This document shows positions 1 through 10,027 of a stretch of 48,839 nt of DNA, one piece after another. This stretch comes from Bdellovibrionota bacterium FG-2 (GTDB taxonomy: Bacteria; Bdellovibrionota; UBA1018). Made by a program: the position numbers and the translations under genes. Positions within the stretch are counted from its first letter, which is position 1; the number at the start of each line of letters is the position of its first letter. Below the pieces are notes generated by a model, which ran no database searches, was not told the DNA's origin, and saw nothing but the letters and a program-made list of their open reading frames with translations. The stretch covers positions 1 through 48,839 of the forward strand of contig JBBCAV010000115.1 in NCBI GenBank assembly GCA_051382305.1, given 5' to 3'.

Positions 1-1
1 C

Positions 2-475
2 AGCAAGGCGACCCTCATTCTGTGAGACCGAGGCGTAGATCACGGGTTTGTTGAGGCGGACTGCAGCATCATTGATGAGGTAGTTCGTTGAAAAGTTATC
101 GGTGCAATCGAGAATCAGATCGAAGTCTTTTAAAAGTCCCAATGCATTGCTTGCGTTTAGGTCGCAAAAATAGGTCTGGATCTCCGTCTCAGGATTTTGC
201 GCCGAGAGATGGTCTCGTGCGGCTTCGACCTTGGGGCGCCCTATGTCATTGTTATTGAACAAAATTTGCCGATGCAGGTTGGAAAGCTCCACGCGATCAC
301 CGTCAATGAGGCCCAGCGTCCCCACCCCAGAGGCTGAAAGGTAAAGACTTGCCGGGGAGCCCAGACCGCCTAGGCCAACGCAGGCGATGCGAACCTGCTT
401 GAGTGCGTCTTGGCCTTTTGTGCCAAAACCGGGGAGCCGCATCTGTGTTTGATAGCGAATTTCTTGAAGTTTCAT
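2..475 (-). CDS. HesA/MoeB/ThiF family adenylyltransferase (partial, runs off the left edge)
   Basis: Not in the ORF track. Manual translation gives MKLQEIRYQTQMRLPGFGTKGQDALKQVRIACVGLGGLGSPASLYLSASGVGTLGLIDGDRVELSNLHRQILF...DLILDCTDNF, with GxGGLG, SNLHRQ and DCTDN motifs. Alternative in-frame ATG at 487. Confidence 0.92.
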   Translation of the reverse strand, partial: MKLQEIRYQTQMRLPGFGTKGQDALKQVRIACVGLGGLGSPASLYLSASGVGTLGLIDGDRVELSNLHRQILFNNNDIGRPKVEAARDHLSAQNPETEIQTYFCDLNASNALGLLKDFDLILDCTDNFSTNYLINDAAVRLNKPVIYASVSQNEGRLA

Positions 476-550
476 GGCGATCTTCATGTTATGTCTGTCT
501 ACGTCAAGGTGCTAGCAAGACCTGCCTAAAAAGAGTAGAGGAAATCATCA

Positions 551-1108
551 GTGGCCAACACAAACGACGACTTTCGCAAGCTCACCCCCTTTATCGATTC
601 GCCGGTAGGCGTTTGTATTCGAGATGACAAAGGTATTTCACAGTTTAGGAATGACACGTGCCTTGGTTTTTGTGGGAAAAAGAAAACGGGCAAGTGTAGA
701 GAGTTGTGCATGATGGCTTTTGCGCCCGATGGGTCGATCGCTCCTGCGTTAGTTGAAGGGGGCGTTCAGATTTTTCGCAATACCCAATTTCCCGATATTG
801 AAGGCGCCTTTGACATTGTTATGTTTTATGATGGCACATTTGCAACCTCACTTTTTTATCCCCTCTCGAGGATTTATGAAATGCGCATGGAGCAATTCAA
901 AGATAAGGGATTGACGGCGCGCGAACTTGAGATCGTTTCGTTCATGATTCGAGGCGTGACAAATTCTGAAATCACAAAACAATTGGAGATTTCTAAGTCG
1001 ACGCTACGCTCTCACCTTAATCGCGTTTATAAAAAAGTAGATTTATCCGAGTCCTTTGCGTCAGGGCTTCCTGCACGGAAACGCGTCAAGAAAAGCGCAA
1101 CAAAGTAA
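551..1108 (+). CDS. LuxR-family HTH transcriptional regulator with Cys-rich N-terminal domain
   Basis: C-terminal LTARELEIVSFMIRGVTNSEITKQLEISKSTLRSHLNRVYKK is a LuxR HTH; N-terminus has CLGFC...CRELC. Confidence 0.88.
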   Translation: MANTNDDFRKLTPFIDSPVGVCIRDDKGISQFRNDTCLGFCGKKKTGKCRELCMMAFAPDGSIAPALVEGGVQIFRNTQFPDIEGAFDIVMFYDGTFATSLFYPLSRIYEMRMEQFKDKGLTARELEIVSFMIRGVTNSEITKQLEISKSTLRSHLNRVYKKVDLSESFASGLPARKRVKKSATK

Positions 1109-1222
1109 CACAAAATTTTGTATTGAGCCGACGAGTGACTGGCATCGTTTTCGCCTCTTAAGTTTCCTCCCAGTGGCTACGATAAGAGACCTTGTGAGGG
1201 GTGCTTGGGGGCCATGGGATTC

Positions 1223-1708
1223 ATGCATTTAAAGAAAAAAAATTACCTTTTCGGAATCTATTGGGGAATTTGCGCAGTACTTTTGCCGGGATCCCTTTAC
1301 GCTGCGAAAAAAGAAGTCTTATCCGAAATTGATGTCGCAAGACGCGATTATTTCGCACTGCTTTTTGAGCAGGGCCTTATTTCGCAGCCCGTTCCTGTTG
1401 AGGAAACCCTCTTGTTGTTGGATCGCGCGGATAAGTGTGAACACGGGCGCTACCTTCTGGACTTCGGGCGTGGGCAGTTTAATTTTTGCTCGGGGCGAAG
1501 TGTCTCAAATGATTGCGGGGCCAATATTCCGAGGCTGAAAGTCGTCTTACGTTCTTGGATGGGAGACGAAGAAGCCATTAAATCGCAGGAGGTATTTGAG
1601 TACCTCATCGATGCCCTTGATTTGATGAGCGAGGGACGTAAAGATGAAGCCATTGAGGCATTGACCCAGATCAAGCGCATCTGCAAATCAAAGCGATCGT
1701 CGCACTAA
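1223..1708 (+). CDS. Hypothetical exported protein
   Basis: ORF 1205..1708; signal-peptide-like MHLKKKNYLFGIYWGICAVLLPGSLYA from the ATG at 1223; start uncertain. Confidence 0.55.
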   Translation: MHLKKKNYLFGIYWGICAVLLPGSLYAAKKEVLSEIDVARRDYFALLFEQGLISQPVPVEETLLLLDRADKCEHGRYLLDFGRGQFNFCSGRSVSNDCGANIPRLKVVLRSWMGDEEAIKSQEVFEYLIDALDLMSEGRKDEAIEALTQIKRICKSKRSSH

Positions 1709-1728
1709 GGCGTAGCTCAAACTACAAA

Positions 1729-3867
1729 CTACTCACTCTCGACGTCCTCTTGGCCCATCGGGTTCCAGTCATCATTGAGTTTTGCTTGTTTGCGAAGGAT
1801 TGCTCGTTTGAGTTCATTCACTTCGACTTCGAATTCGATGAAGTTCTCGAAGCGTTTCGTGTAACGTTCATCTTCGCAGGCAAAGAGAGGATCTAAGGGG
1901 GCTAAGAATCTTGCAAGTTTCTTGTTGGGTCCTGCGACAACCGATTTTGCGTAGTCTGAAAGCTTGGCGCGAAGATGGCTTTCAAGCGCGGAGGGCGTGC
2001 TGAGTTCCGACATGTTTTTTGAAAATGTACGAAAGGCTTTTTCAGCGCCACAGGCCTTTTTGTTCTTGGATTTGACGACTTCGGGGGCGGTCGCGTCGCC
2101 TAAAGCCGTGGCAATGGGGAGCAGCTTATCGGCGTCACCAAAGAGAGGTTGGCCTGCGACGATGGTGAGGCTTACTTCTGCGGCTTGGGCATCAATGAGG
2201 GCGGAATACGGATTGCCCCCCGCGCGGGAGAGCGCTGCTTTGCTAATCAAGGTTAGGTCTGCTTGATAGCCGGCAGCCACTTTTCCAACGATGTGGCTGA
2301 GTCGCATCGCTTTTGCTGCGTTGAGTGTGGCCATGTTGACGAGATCCTGATCAGAAATATTCTTGATTCCCATTTTTTGAAGATAACGTTTGGCGAGTTT
2401 GAGTTCGCCTCTTAGATTCTTGCTGCCCGTGGGGCTCCAGTCCGCTCCGATCGCCAAGTTAACGCCTGCCGCGCGTGCGGACTCGACGTCAAGCGTTTCA
2501 CCGTAAAGCAATAGATTTGAAAAGGGAGACCAGACGACGGAGATATCTTGTTGGGCGGCGTCTTCGAAGTCAGCGCGATCCATGCCGACTCCGTGAATTA
2601 GCACCATGCCTGGGCGATTCAGGCCCATCTTTTTTGTAAACTGATATTCGGTACGGTTATAGACGTCATGGCGCATACCTTCAGCTAAGTGAACGACGAC
2701 GCCTTTCGCGTCGGCGGCACCGAGGTAGCTTAGGATGCTTTGGCGCACGCTGGATTCGAACATTCCAATGTAACGACGTACGGCGCTCGGGATGCGCAGA
2801 CATCCACCGCGGGAGAGGTACTCATAGGCTTTGTCTTCATTGGGCGCAGAATTGAGAAACCCGTCGCTTTTGCTTTTTGCCTTGGCGCCGGTGGTGGCGC
2901 CAAAAATCCAGGATTCAATATTGTCGATTTGTTTCTCAGTTTGCGTTGCCTTGATTCGGTAAGGCGAGCCCGCTAGGAGTGACGCGAGTTTCGGTTTGAT
3001 GGATTCAAAATAGGCACGAGCTGCGGCTGGATTTTCTTCGGCTGAGGGCGGGATCGAACCTAGGCCTTCGGACACTTCGGGACCGACGGTGAGTGAGAGT
3101 CCTGCTTCTAGAGAGCGCGGGGTTGAAACGAATTCCTGAACCCAAGCCGTCACACCTTGATTTTTGAGCATGTCTTTGTAGGCTTCGTCATAGGACATTT
3201 TCGCCTGATCCATTTTAGGTGCAATCAGCGGTTCAAAAATAGTTCCCATGAGGCCTGGGATGATAATGTCGTTGATCGAGCGTACGCGTTGCGCGTTTTC
3301 AAACTCGCCTGCGATTTCGATGTTGTGCGCGCCAAACCCTTCGGCGCATCGGGAATCTCCTCCGACCCCTTGGACTGCGGTCGTCCCCCCGGCGAGGGCT
3401 TTAAGTTCGGACCAACGAACGGCAGCGCAAACGGTATCACCCACAATGGGTTTCATGTTGAGCGCGACGGAGTTTTTATAGGCCGAGTAATGTTGACGCC
3501 ACTCGAAGCGATTGTTGAATTGACCCACGGCCTGATCCCAGAGAGGAAGAATGTTGTATTTGAGGTGCGAGTGCATGTCGATGAGGCCCGGGAAAATGAG
3601 GGAGTCTGAATCGAGAACAAAGCCACTCTTGGGCCTCGTGTTGCTAATGTCGGTGATGCGCGTGCCTTCAAGCGTGAGGTAGACTTTCTTCTCTGGGCTC
3701 TCTGGGAGATAACCGCTTAAGTTCCATGACGAGGGCGTGGATTTTGTGGCCGCCTTCGCGGGTGTTTTCGTTTCCGCAGCCGCAGGTTGGGCCCAGAAGC
3801 TAGGAAGGAGGAGTGATGCTGCGGTTGTAAGGACGACGGCCGACTTGGATATTTTGTTCTTCATCAT
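1729..3867 (-). CDS. Secreted amidohydrolase-superfamily metalloenzyme (deaminase-like)
   Basis: PGLIDMHSHL (HxH), HLAEG, IHGVG, GADWSPTGS, MATLNAAKAM, GYQADL motifs; signal peptide ending in AAA. Confidence 0.88.
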   Translation of the reverse strand: MMKNKISKSAVVLTTAASLLLPSFWAQPAAAETKTPAKAATKSTPSSWNLSGYLPESPEKKVYLTLEGTRITDISNTRPKSGFVLDSDSLIFPGLIDMHSHLKYNILPLWDQAVGQFNNRFEWRQHYSAYKNSVALNMKPIVGDTVCAAVRWSELKALAGGTTAVQGVGGDSRCAEGFGAHNIEIAGEFENAQRVRSINDIIIPGLMGTIFEPLIAPKMDQAKMSYDEAYKDMLKNQGVTAWVQEFVSTPRSLEAGLSLTVGPEVSEGLGSIPPSAEENPAAARAYFESIKPKLASLLAGSPYRIKATQTEKQIDNIESWIFGATTGAKAKSKSDGFLNSAPNEDKAYEYLSRGGCLRIPSAVRRYIGMFESSVRQSILSYLGAADAKGVVVHLAEGMRHDVYNRTEYQFTKKMGLNRPGMVLIHGVGMDRADFEDAAQQDISVVWSPFSNLLLYGETLDVESARAAGVNLAIGADWSPTGSKNLRGELKLAKRYLQKMGIKNISDQDLVNMATLNAAKAMRLSHIVGKVAAGYQADLTLISKAALSRAGGNPYSALIDAQAAEVSLTIVAGQPLFGDADKLLPIATALGDATAPEVVKSKNKKACGAEKAFRTFSKNMSELSTPSALESHLRAKLSDYAKSVVAGPNKKLARFLAPLDPLFACEDERYTKRFENFIEFEVEVNELKRAILRKQAKLNDDWNPMGQEDVESE

Positions 3868-3943
3868 AACGCGACGAGTTATATTATAGATGACAAGATA
3901 AGGAAAGTATTATGTTTTATGTGTAGTTACGAGTAGTTAAGAT

Positions 3944-4984
3944 CTATTGCTTCAGGTCTTTAAAGTACTTCTTATAAATATCTTGATCGTCTTTATCGAG
4001 CTCGCTTCCTCGTGGTTTCGAGGGAGAAACCACGGGGGCTTTGGGTGCCGTCTTGTAGAGCTCTGTCACAGAAGCGGCGTTAATTTCGTTGAGGCTGGTC
4101 GCCTTCTGGGGATCTGTTTGAATTTGAGCAAAGAGTTTAGGGTCATACGTTTTGATGTCACGAAGGGTGACCTCTTTGGCTTTTTGCTCGAGCACGGTCA
4201 CGGCCTTATTGATGGTTGCGCTGTTTTCTTGCGGTTTGAATTCTGCTACTTTTTGAATACTGATCAGTTCTTCTTGGGTGGTCTTGCGAATTTCAACCTG
4301 GGGAGTAATTAGAGGAAGAGGCGTTTTTTGCGCTTCAGAAGTCGCAGGTTTTGCAACCACGGGTGGCGCGATCGCCCCGATTTCGCCCGCGCGAATAATC
4401 GTAACTTGTGGCTTAGCCGCGACCCTAGCCGTGGGTGGCGCGACAATACTTCGCATTTCGACTGCGCCTCGCAGAATTGAGACTTCCGTCTTATTCTCCG
4501 CGCCTTCCGAAGAAATGCAAAAGTCCGTTCCGCGGATTCCGATCACGGCAGCGCGCGTACGGACACGAAACTGGTTTCGAGGGCCCGCCTTGTCAATGAT
4601 CCCTCGAATTTTGCCGTGGAGCAGTTCCATTTTTGTTTCAAAACCCTTGGCCTTTTTCAGCCAATTGATTCGGTACGAAGTGCCGGGGCCCAGATTAAAC
4701 TGATCGCCGTTTTCATAGATCACGCGTGCTTTGCCTTGAAGAGAGGTGCGCAAAACGTTGCTGTTTTCGACACGCATGCCGGTTTGGGCGCGCTGAGAAG
4801 TAAAGTACTCTCCTTCGTAAAGCACGGGTGGGGGAGTCGTATTTGAAAACTTCTTGGAGGGATGGGAAAGCAGAATGACTTCGCCTTCAACTGCCGTCAA
4901 GGTGCCGACGGGGTCGCCGGATTGAGCATAAAGGGGAGCGGTGATCAAGATCCCTAGAATTGAAAATGTATTAGCCCATTTCAT
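3944..4984 (-). CDS. FecR domain-containing exported protein
   Basis: Signal peptide; LLHGKIRG, RTRAAVIGIRGTDF and VSILRGAVEM FecR signatures; start placed at M28 of the listed ORF. Confidence 0.82.
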   Translation of the reverse strand: MKWANTFSILGILITAPLYAQSGDPVGTLTAVEGEVILLSHPSKKFSNTTPPPVLYEGEYFTSQRAQTGMRVENSNVLRTSLQGKARVIYENGDQFNLGPGTSYRINWLKKAKGFETKMELLHGKIRGIIDKAGPRNQFRVRTRAAVIGIRGTDFCISSEGAENKTEVSILRGAVEMRSIVAPPTARVAAKPQVTIIRAGEIGAIAPPVVAKPATSEAQKTPLPLITPQVEIRKTTQEELISIQKVAEFKPQENSATINKAVTVLEQKAKEVTLRDIKTYDPKLFAQIQTDPQKATSLNEINAASVTELYKTAPKAPVVSPSKPRGSELDKDDQDIYKKYFKDLKQ

Positions 4985-5037
4985 AAATATTTTTCCCATG
5001 TTACACTTAGAGTAAATCAGAGCAGGGGAATATTGCC

Positions 5038-5784
5038 ATGAAAAACAGGAAGAAATTTCGATCAACTCTTTTCTCAGTCGTCATGGTGTGTATTTGTCTT
5101 CAAGGCGCCCGCGCGGCGGAATACGAATATCCGGAACTCTTGGTCACCCCGTTGGCTTCCGAACGCCTTGATCGCGAGGCGGCACGTGAACGCGATCTTC
5201 GCTGGAGTCGGTACGTTCCGATTCAACTTTCTGCGCTTGCGACTCTTGGGGCAGCGACTGTGCAATACTCGGATCCGGATCTCTCGAAAGATCCGGATAA
5301 TCGGACTCCGATCGTCGGTTTTATAGCTGGGGGTGGGTGGCTTGCGACGACCCTGCTGATGTCGTTGATGTATGATCCGTATCTTTCGGGGCAAAAAGAA
5401 GTTCAGGTTCATACGGGTAGTGCGAGAACTCCCAAAGAGAAACTTAGGCGTGAGCGTATCGCAGAAGAAGCGATTACGGGGGCTGGACGGGTCGGGCGAA
5501 GGATGGAGTGGATTTCGTTTGCCTCTCAAGCCACCGCAAGTGTGATTCTCCTTACGAATACCCAAACGGGGACGCTGGCGCGGAACTTAGATATTGTATC
5601 GCTGGTCATGGCGTTTACGCCGCTGTTTTTTCGTTCTTCGTGGGAGCAGATTTCGGATCAGCAGCAGGAATATAAAAAGAAGATCTATGCTCCGATCGCG
5701 TTTGCCACAATGGTACCGGAGCCTGCCGGATCAACTGGAAGTGGGAACCTAGCGCCGTTTGCTGGGCTTCGGTTTCACTTCTGA
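5038..5784 (+). CDS. Hypothetical membrane/exported protein
   Basis: 248-aa ORF with signal peptide, hydrophobic segments and C-terminal GLRFHF. Confidence 0.7.
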   Translation: MKNRKKFRSTLFSVVMVCICLQGARAAEYEYPELLVTPLASERLDREAARERDLRWSRYVPIQLSALATLGAATVQYSDPDLSKDPDNRTPIVGFIAGGGWLATTLLMSLMYDPYLSGQKEVQVHTGSARTPKEKLRRERIAEEAITGAGRVGRRMEWISFASQATASVILLTNTQTGTLARNLDIVSLVMAFTPLFFRSSWEQISDQQQEYKKKIYAPIAFATMVPEPAGSTGSGNLAPFAGLRFHF

Positions 5785-8763
5785 GATTGTTTGCAGCGCT
5801 AGTTTCTCGGCAAACGCCAATGCCTGTGAGCGATCAAGCTTAAGTCCGCTCTCAGAAATCGCGTAACGATAGCCTTGCATGAAGTTCTCGGAGGCCGTGT
5901 TTCCACCTGCTGCGACGACGCGCTCTGAAAGTAAAAGTGCATCGCCTGTGGCGAGAGAGGGGCCTGAATCGTTTCTAAGAAACTCAAATGTGCCGATAAA
6001 GGGTTGAGCCGTTCCTCCGTCAATCTTCTCACCCAAACGAGCAATTCGTGCCGAGATCGTCGCGCATTGAGGCTTTTGCAGATCTAGGTGTTTGGCGGAG
6101 GTGCAGTATTCGACGAGCCTCTCAAAGTCTGCTCGGACTTGCGCGACGTCGCCTGGAAACTCCGTACTCAGGGAATGTGCCAGCTTGAGAGCCGAACTTA
6201 TATCAAGATCGAGATACTCATTAAGAAAAGCTTTTTTGAACACCGTGATAAAGGCCTCGGCTTGCGTTTCTGTTCGGAGTGACAATTCAAGCGCAGTGGA
6301 AAGTGAAATTTGCCCACCGCTTCCAGCCCTTGATAAAAGCAGCGCAACACGGATAAATCTCTCCGCGGCCCCGGAGCAACCACTGGCCACTTTTTCGGCC
6401 GTTTTGCGAGCTTCGTTTTCATTTACCCCGAAAGATTTTTCCTGTTTCAAGAATTCCATCGTCGTGATGAACTCCTTGGCCGTGGTGCAGATTGTGGGTG
6501 CCTTTTCTGGACTTGCGGCTTGAAGAGCGGAACTCCCAAGTGAGAGTGTCAGCGCAACCAGGAGCAGTACCGCGCTCCAGCGCCAGCGCTTGAGTCTCAA
6601 ACTATTTAGTAAAACAGAAACCGAGCTCATGGCCATCGCGGCCCCCGCGAGCATGGGGCTTAAACGCCAGCCCGTGAAGGGAACGAGTAGTCCTGCCGCA
6701 ATGGGGATGGCCGCCGTGTTGTAGAAAAAAGAGGCAAAAAGATTTTGCCTAATCGTGCGCATCGTTGCACGGGAAAGCGTGATGGCGTCCAGGAGCGTGG
6801 TGAGGTCTTTTTTCATAAGGGTAATGTCCGCGGACTCGATGGCGATATCGGTCCCGGTTCCAAGGGCAATGCCCACGTCGGCGAGGGCTAAGGCGGGGGC
6901 GTCGTTGATTCCGTCTCCGACCATGGCGACGGTGCCATGGAGTCGAAGCGCTTCGATTTTTTTGGCTTTTTGCTGAGGCGAAACTTCAGAGATGATCTCA
7001 TCAATGCCTAAGGAGTGGCCGACACTTTCGGCTACTCCTTTCCGGTCGCCGGATAAAAGCACGGTGCGAATTCCTAAAGTTTTTAATGAGGAAATCACGC
7101 GTGCGGATTCGACACGAATGGGATCTTGGATGCTTAGAGAACCTGCATAAGAACCATTACAGGAAAAGTGAATGAGAGTTTTGTCCGTGGCCTTATTATC
7201 CATTAGCTCAGGAATCTCCTTGATCCCACGTTCGTTTAGAAACTGAGGATTTCCGATGACAAGACTGAAACCCGCCACACTTCCTTCAATGCCTCTTCCT
7301 AGAGTCGCTTTAAATCCGGTAGTTGGCAAGAGATTTAGGCCCTTCGCTTTTGCGGCTTGCACGATGGCAAGCGAGAGCGGGTGCTCGGATTGCGCTTCAA
7401 GAGAGGCAATGAGGCACAGCGCCTCGTTAGGATATGAAGAGGGGGCGTTCGTAGCTAAATGAAATTCCGACAAGCTGGGCTTTGCCATTGTGAGTGTTCC
7501 GGTCTTGTCAAATACCACCGCATTCACTTTATGAAGAGTCTCAAGCGCCTCGGCGCTGCGAATGAGAATCCCGCGCTCGGCGGCTTTTCCCATTCCCACG
7601 ATGACGGCGGCGGGCGTGGCGAGTCCCAAGGCGCAAGGGCAAGCGATGATGAGTACGGAGACTGCGTAGAGAAGAGCGTTTCCGAGACTTTCGCCCATCA
7701 AGAGCCAGGTCAAGAAAGTGACTGCTGCGATCCCCATGACCGCAGGCACGAAGATGGTACTCACTTGGTCAGCAGTTTTTTGAATCGGGGCTTTGCTAGC
7801 TTGGGCGCGCTTAACGAGTGCCACGATTTGGGCGAGCACCGTGTTTTTGCCGACTTGAGTCGTTTGCATTTTAAACGAACCGGTGAGATTCAGGGTGCCT
7901 CCGGTTACTTTTGAGAAGACTGTCTTTTCGACGGGGAGGCTTTCGCCACTGAGCATCGATTCGTCGATGCTTGAGCCGCCTTCAACTACAAGTCCATCGA
8001 TCGGAATTTTTTCGCCGGGCTTAATCAGTACAAAATCTCCAACGATGACCTCTCGCAGAGCAATCTCAAGAGTTTCTCCCTTACGAATGACTCGCGCGTA
8101 AGGGGGCACGAGCGAGAGAAGTTTTCGAATAGCCTCGCCCGTTTTGTTCTTGGCCCGCTCTTCAAGCATTTTGCCAAGCAAGATAAACCCGATGAGAAAT
8201 GCGGAAATTTCAAAATACACGGGCGCAGGGTGAGTCCCGATCTGAGGGTCTGAATGCGCGAGAAGGGAATAAATGCTAAACAAGAAGGCGCTCAACGTTC
8301 CGAGCGCAACAAGCGTATCCATGGTGGCGAGACGATGCCGGGCGGATTTTACCGCGCCAATTAAGAATTGCGAGCCGCACCAAAATTGAACGGGGGCGCT
8401 GGTGAGGAGTGCAAACCAAGGGTTGATTTGTCCCATCGTAATAAACGCGGTGAGTGAAGCGAGAGTTAGGGCGACGACGACTTTGATTTGAAGGAGGTGG
8501 GAATGCGCGTTATTTGTGCTTTCGTCTGCAAAATCATATTCCAAGGCTTTCGCCTCGTAGCCGGTGCTTTGAATGATTTCCAAAATCTTCTCAGGCGCAA
8601 GGAGTGTTGAATCGTATTCGACTTCAGCTTCTTCTGCAGCGAGGCTGACTTGGACGTGAGAAACGCCTTGAGTATTTTTGAGGGCTTTTTCGACGTGGCC
8701 TACGCAGGAGGCGCAGGTCATGCCTTTTACTTGGGCACGAAAATGAGTGGGCTTGGAGGTCAT
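5749..8763 (-). CDS. copA: Copper-translocating P1B-type ATPase with a fused ~280-aa C-terminal extension
   Basis: GMTCASC HMA domain, [27 protein letters not shown] and MAMSS Cu(I)-type motifs. Confidence 0.92.
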   Translation of the reverse strand: MTSKPTHFRAQVKGMTCASCVGHVEKALKNTQGVSHVQVSLAAEEAEVEYDSTLLAPEKILEIIQSTGYEAKALEYDFADESTNNAHSHLLQIKVVVALTLASLTAFITMGQINPWFALLTSAPVQFWCGSQFLIGAVKSARHRLATMDTLVALGTLSAFLFSIYSLLAHSDPQIGTHPAPVYFEISAFLIGFILLGKMLEERAKNKTGEAIRKLLSLVPPYARVIRKGETLEIALREVIVGDFVLIKPGEKIPIDGLVVEGGSSIDESMLSGESLPVEKTVFSKVTGGTLNLTGSFKMQTTQVGKNTVLAQIVALVKRAQASKAPIQKTADQVSTIFVPAVMGIAAVTFLTWLLMGESLGNALLYAVSVLIIACPCALGLATPAAVIVGMGKAAERGILIRSAEALETLHKVNAVVFDKTGTLTMAKPSLSEFHLATNAPSSYPNEALCLIASLEAQSEHPLSLAIVQAAKAKGLNLLPTTGFKATLGRGIEGSVAGFSLVIGNPQFLNERGIKEIPELMDNKATDKTLIHFSCNGSYAGSLSIQDPIRVESARVISSLKTLGIRTVLLSGDRKGVAESVGHSLGIDEIISEVSPQQKAKKIEALRLHGTVAMVGDGINDAPALALADVGIALGTGTDIAIESADITLMKKDLTTLLDAITLSRATMRTIRQNLFASFFYNTAAIPIAAGLLVPFTGWRLSPMLAGAAMAMSSVSVLLNSLRLKRWRWSAVLLLVALTLSLGSSALQAASPEKAPTICTTAKEFITTMEFLKQEKSFGVNENEARKTAEKVASGCSGAAERFIRVALLLSRAGSGGQISLSTALELSLRTETQAEAFITVFKKAFLNEYLDLDISSALKLAHSLSTEFPGDVAQVRADFERLVEYCTSAKHLDLQKPQCATISARIARLGEKIDGGTAQPFIGTFEFLRNDSGPSLATGDALLLSERVVAAGGNTASENFMQGYRYAISESGLKLDRSQALAFAEKLALQTISEVKPKPSKRR

Positions 8764-8837
8764 GACCGGTCTATATCAAAAAACAAGCCATGCTCTCACT
8801 AAAGAAAGCATGGCCTATGAAGAAAAAAGAAAAAGAA

Positions 8838-9191
8838 CTACCAAAACTTCTTGTTCGAAAAAGTTTCTTTCAAACTGCGAGGAAACGACCAACGAGGTTT
8901 CTTCGACGCGGGACGGGCCTTGATATCAATGGCTTCTTTTGTAAAGGGATTGATTCCTTTGCCCGCTTTCCGAGCTTTGACGTCTTTGCGAAGCAGAGCG
9001 CCAAGGACGGGGAAACGAACACGTTCACCGCCTGCGGCAGCTTTTGCGCCATTCGAAAAAGCACTTTCTACACATGCTTTGAGGTCAGTGCGTTTGATAC
9101 GAACTTCGCCGCTGCGGGTGACGGTGGCGGCTTTCAATAAGCCCTCATAAACTTCGTTAATAAATGAATACTTGTTTTTTTTCTTAGCCAT
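8838..9191 (-). CDS. HU/IHF-family DNA-binding protein (divergent)
   Basis: GERVRFPVLG...ARKAGKGINPFTKEAIDIKARPASKKPRWSFPRSLKE matches the HU beta-arm pattern; AGGAG RBS upstream. Confidence 0.85.
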   Translation of the reverse strand: MAKKKNKYSFINEVYEGLLKAATVTRSGEVRIKRTDLKACVESAFSNGAKAAAGGERVRFPVLGALLRKDVKARKAGKGINPFTKEAIDIKARPASKKPRWSFPRSLKETFSNKKFW

Positions 9192-9258
9192 TTCAAAGGT
9201 CTCCTTGAGACTGTTTTAGGGGTGATTTCTAGGAGTCGCAACAGTTTTTTTGCGAAAG

Positions 9259-9891
9259 TCAGTGGATTTTGGTTATGGCGCGAATCATTTCCTCAATGTC
9301 ATCGGTGAAGGTAAGGAACCGTAAATCTTGAGGGGCGAGCGCACCACTGGGGATGAGGGAGTTTTGCATCCATTCGTAAAAGCCCGCCCAGTGCGATTTT
9401 CCCATCAAAACCACTGGAAATGCCCGCAGTTTTCCACTAGACATTAGAGTAAGGGCTTCGGACATTTCATCTAAGGTGCCCATCCCTCCTGGGAGGATGA
9501 CAAAGGCGCTGGAGTATTTGACAAGCATCATTTTTCGCACAAAGAAGTATTTGAAAGTGACCGCGCGATCCAAGTAGGGATTTGGATTCTGCTCGTACGG
9601 TAGCACGATATTTCCTCCAATGCTGCGACCCCCCGCATCTTTTGCGCCTCGGTTAGCGGCTTCCATAAGGCCGGGGCCGCCGCCCGTGACCACGGTGTAT
9701 CCTGCTTTCGCGAGTGCACGACCCACTTCTCGGGCAAGTCTGTAGTGAGGGTGGGTTTCACGAAACCGGGCAGAGCCAAAAACACTGACTGCGGGCGTAA
9801 TGCCGCGAAACGTCCGAATGCCCTGCACGAAGTCCTTGCTGATTTTGAAAAGGCGAATGGCTTCGGTGAAGGATGACTCGCGTGCGTGCAT
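9259..9891 (-). CDS. LOG-family (TIGR00730-type) nucleotide monophosphate nucleosidase
   Basis: VFGSAR, TGGGPGLMEAANRGA, YFFVRK and PGGMGTLDE motifs. Confidence 0.93.
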   Translation of the reverse strand: MHARESSFTEAIRLFKISKDFVQGIRTFRGITPAVSVFGSARFRETHPHYRLAREVGRALAKAGYTVVTGGGPGLMEAANRGAKDAGGRSIGGNIVLPYEQNPNPYLDRAVTFKYFFVRKMMLVKYSSAFVILPGGMGTLDEMSEALTLMSSGKLRAFPVVLMGKSHWAGFYEWMQNSLIPSGALAPQDLRFLTFTDDIEEMIRAITKIH

Positions 9892-9968
9892 AGGGCGATT
9901 GTAGCGCAGATGCGCCTGTTCGTAAATGCTCGAGCCATTTGACTCCTCATTGCTTTGCTCGTATCATC

Positions 9969-10007
9969 AAATGCAAACTGGAAATGCAAACTGGAAATGC
10001 AAACTGG
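9969..10007. repeat. 13-bp tandem repeat x3 (AAATGCAAACTGG)
   Basis: Three exact copies at 9969, 9982 and 9995 in the divergent LOG/aminopeptidase intergenic region. Confidence 0.95.
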
Positions 10008-10027
10008 CAATTAATATTGGAGGTGTC

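Noticed and set aside
1110-1121. Palindrome ACAAAATTTTGT after the LuxR stop codon
   Set aside because: Short, low-complexity and AT-rich, with no second copy noticed.
9969-10007. Possible CRISPR array
   Set aside because: Units are 13 bp, abut without spacers, and no cas genes are present.
9926-10027. N-terminal extension of the aminopeptidase in the ORF track
   Set aside because: It merely reads through the 13-bp repeat; the RBS and signal peptide support ATG 10028.
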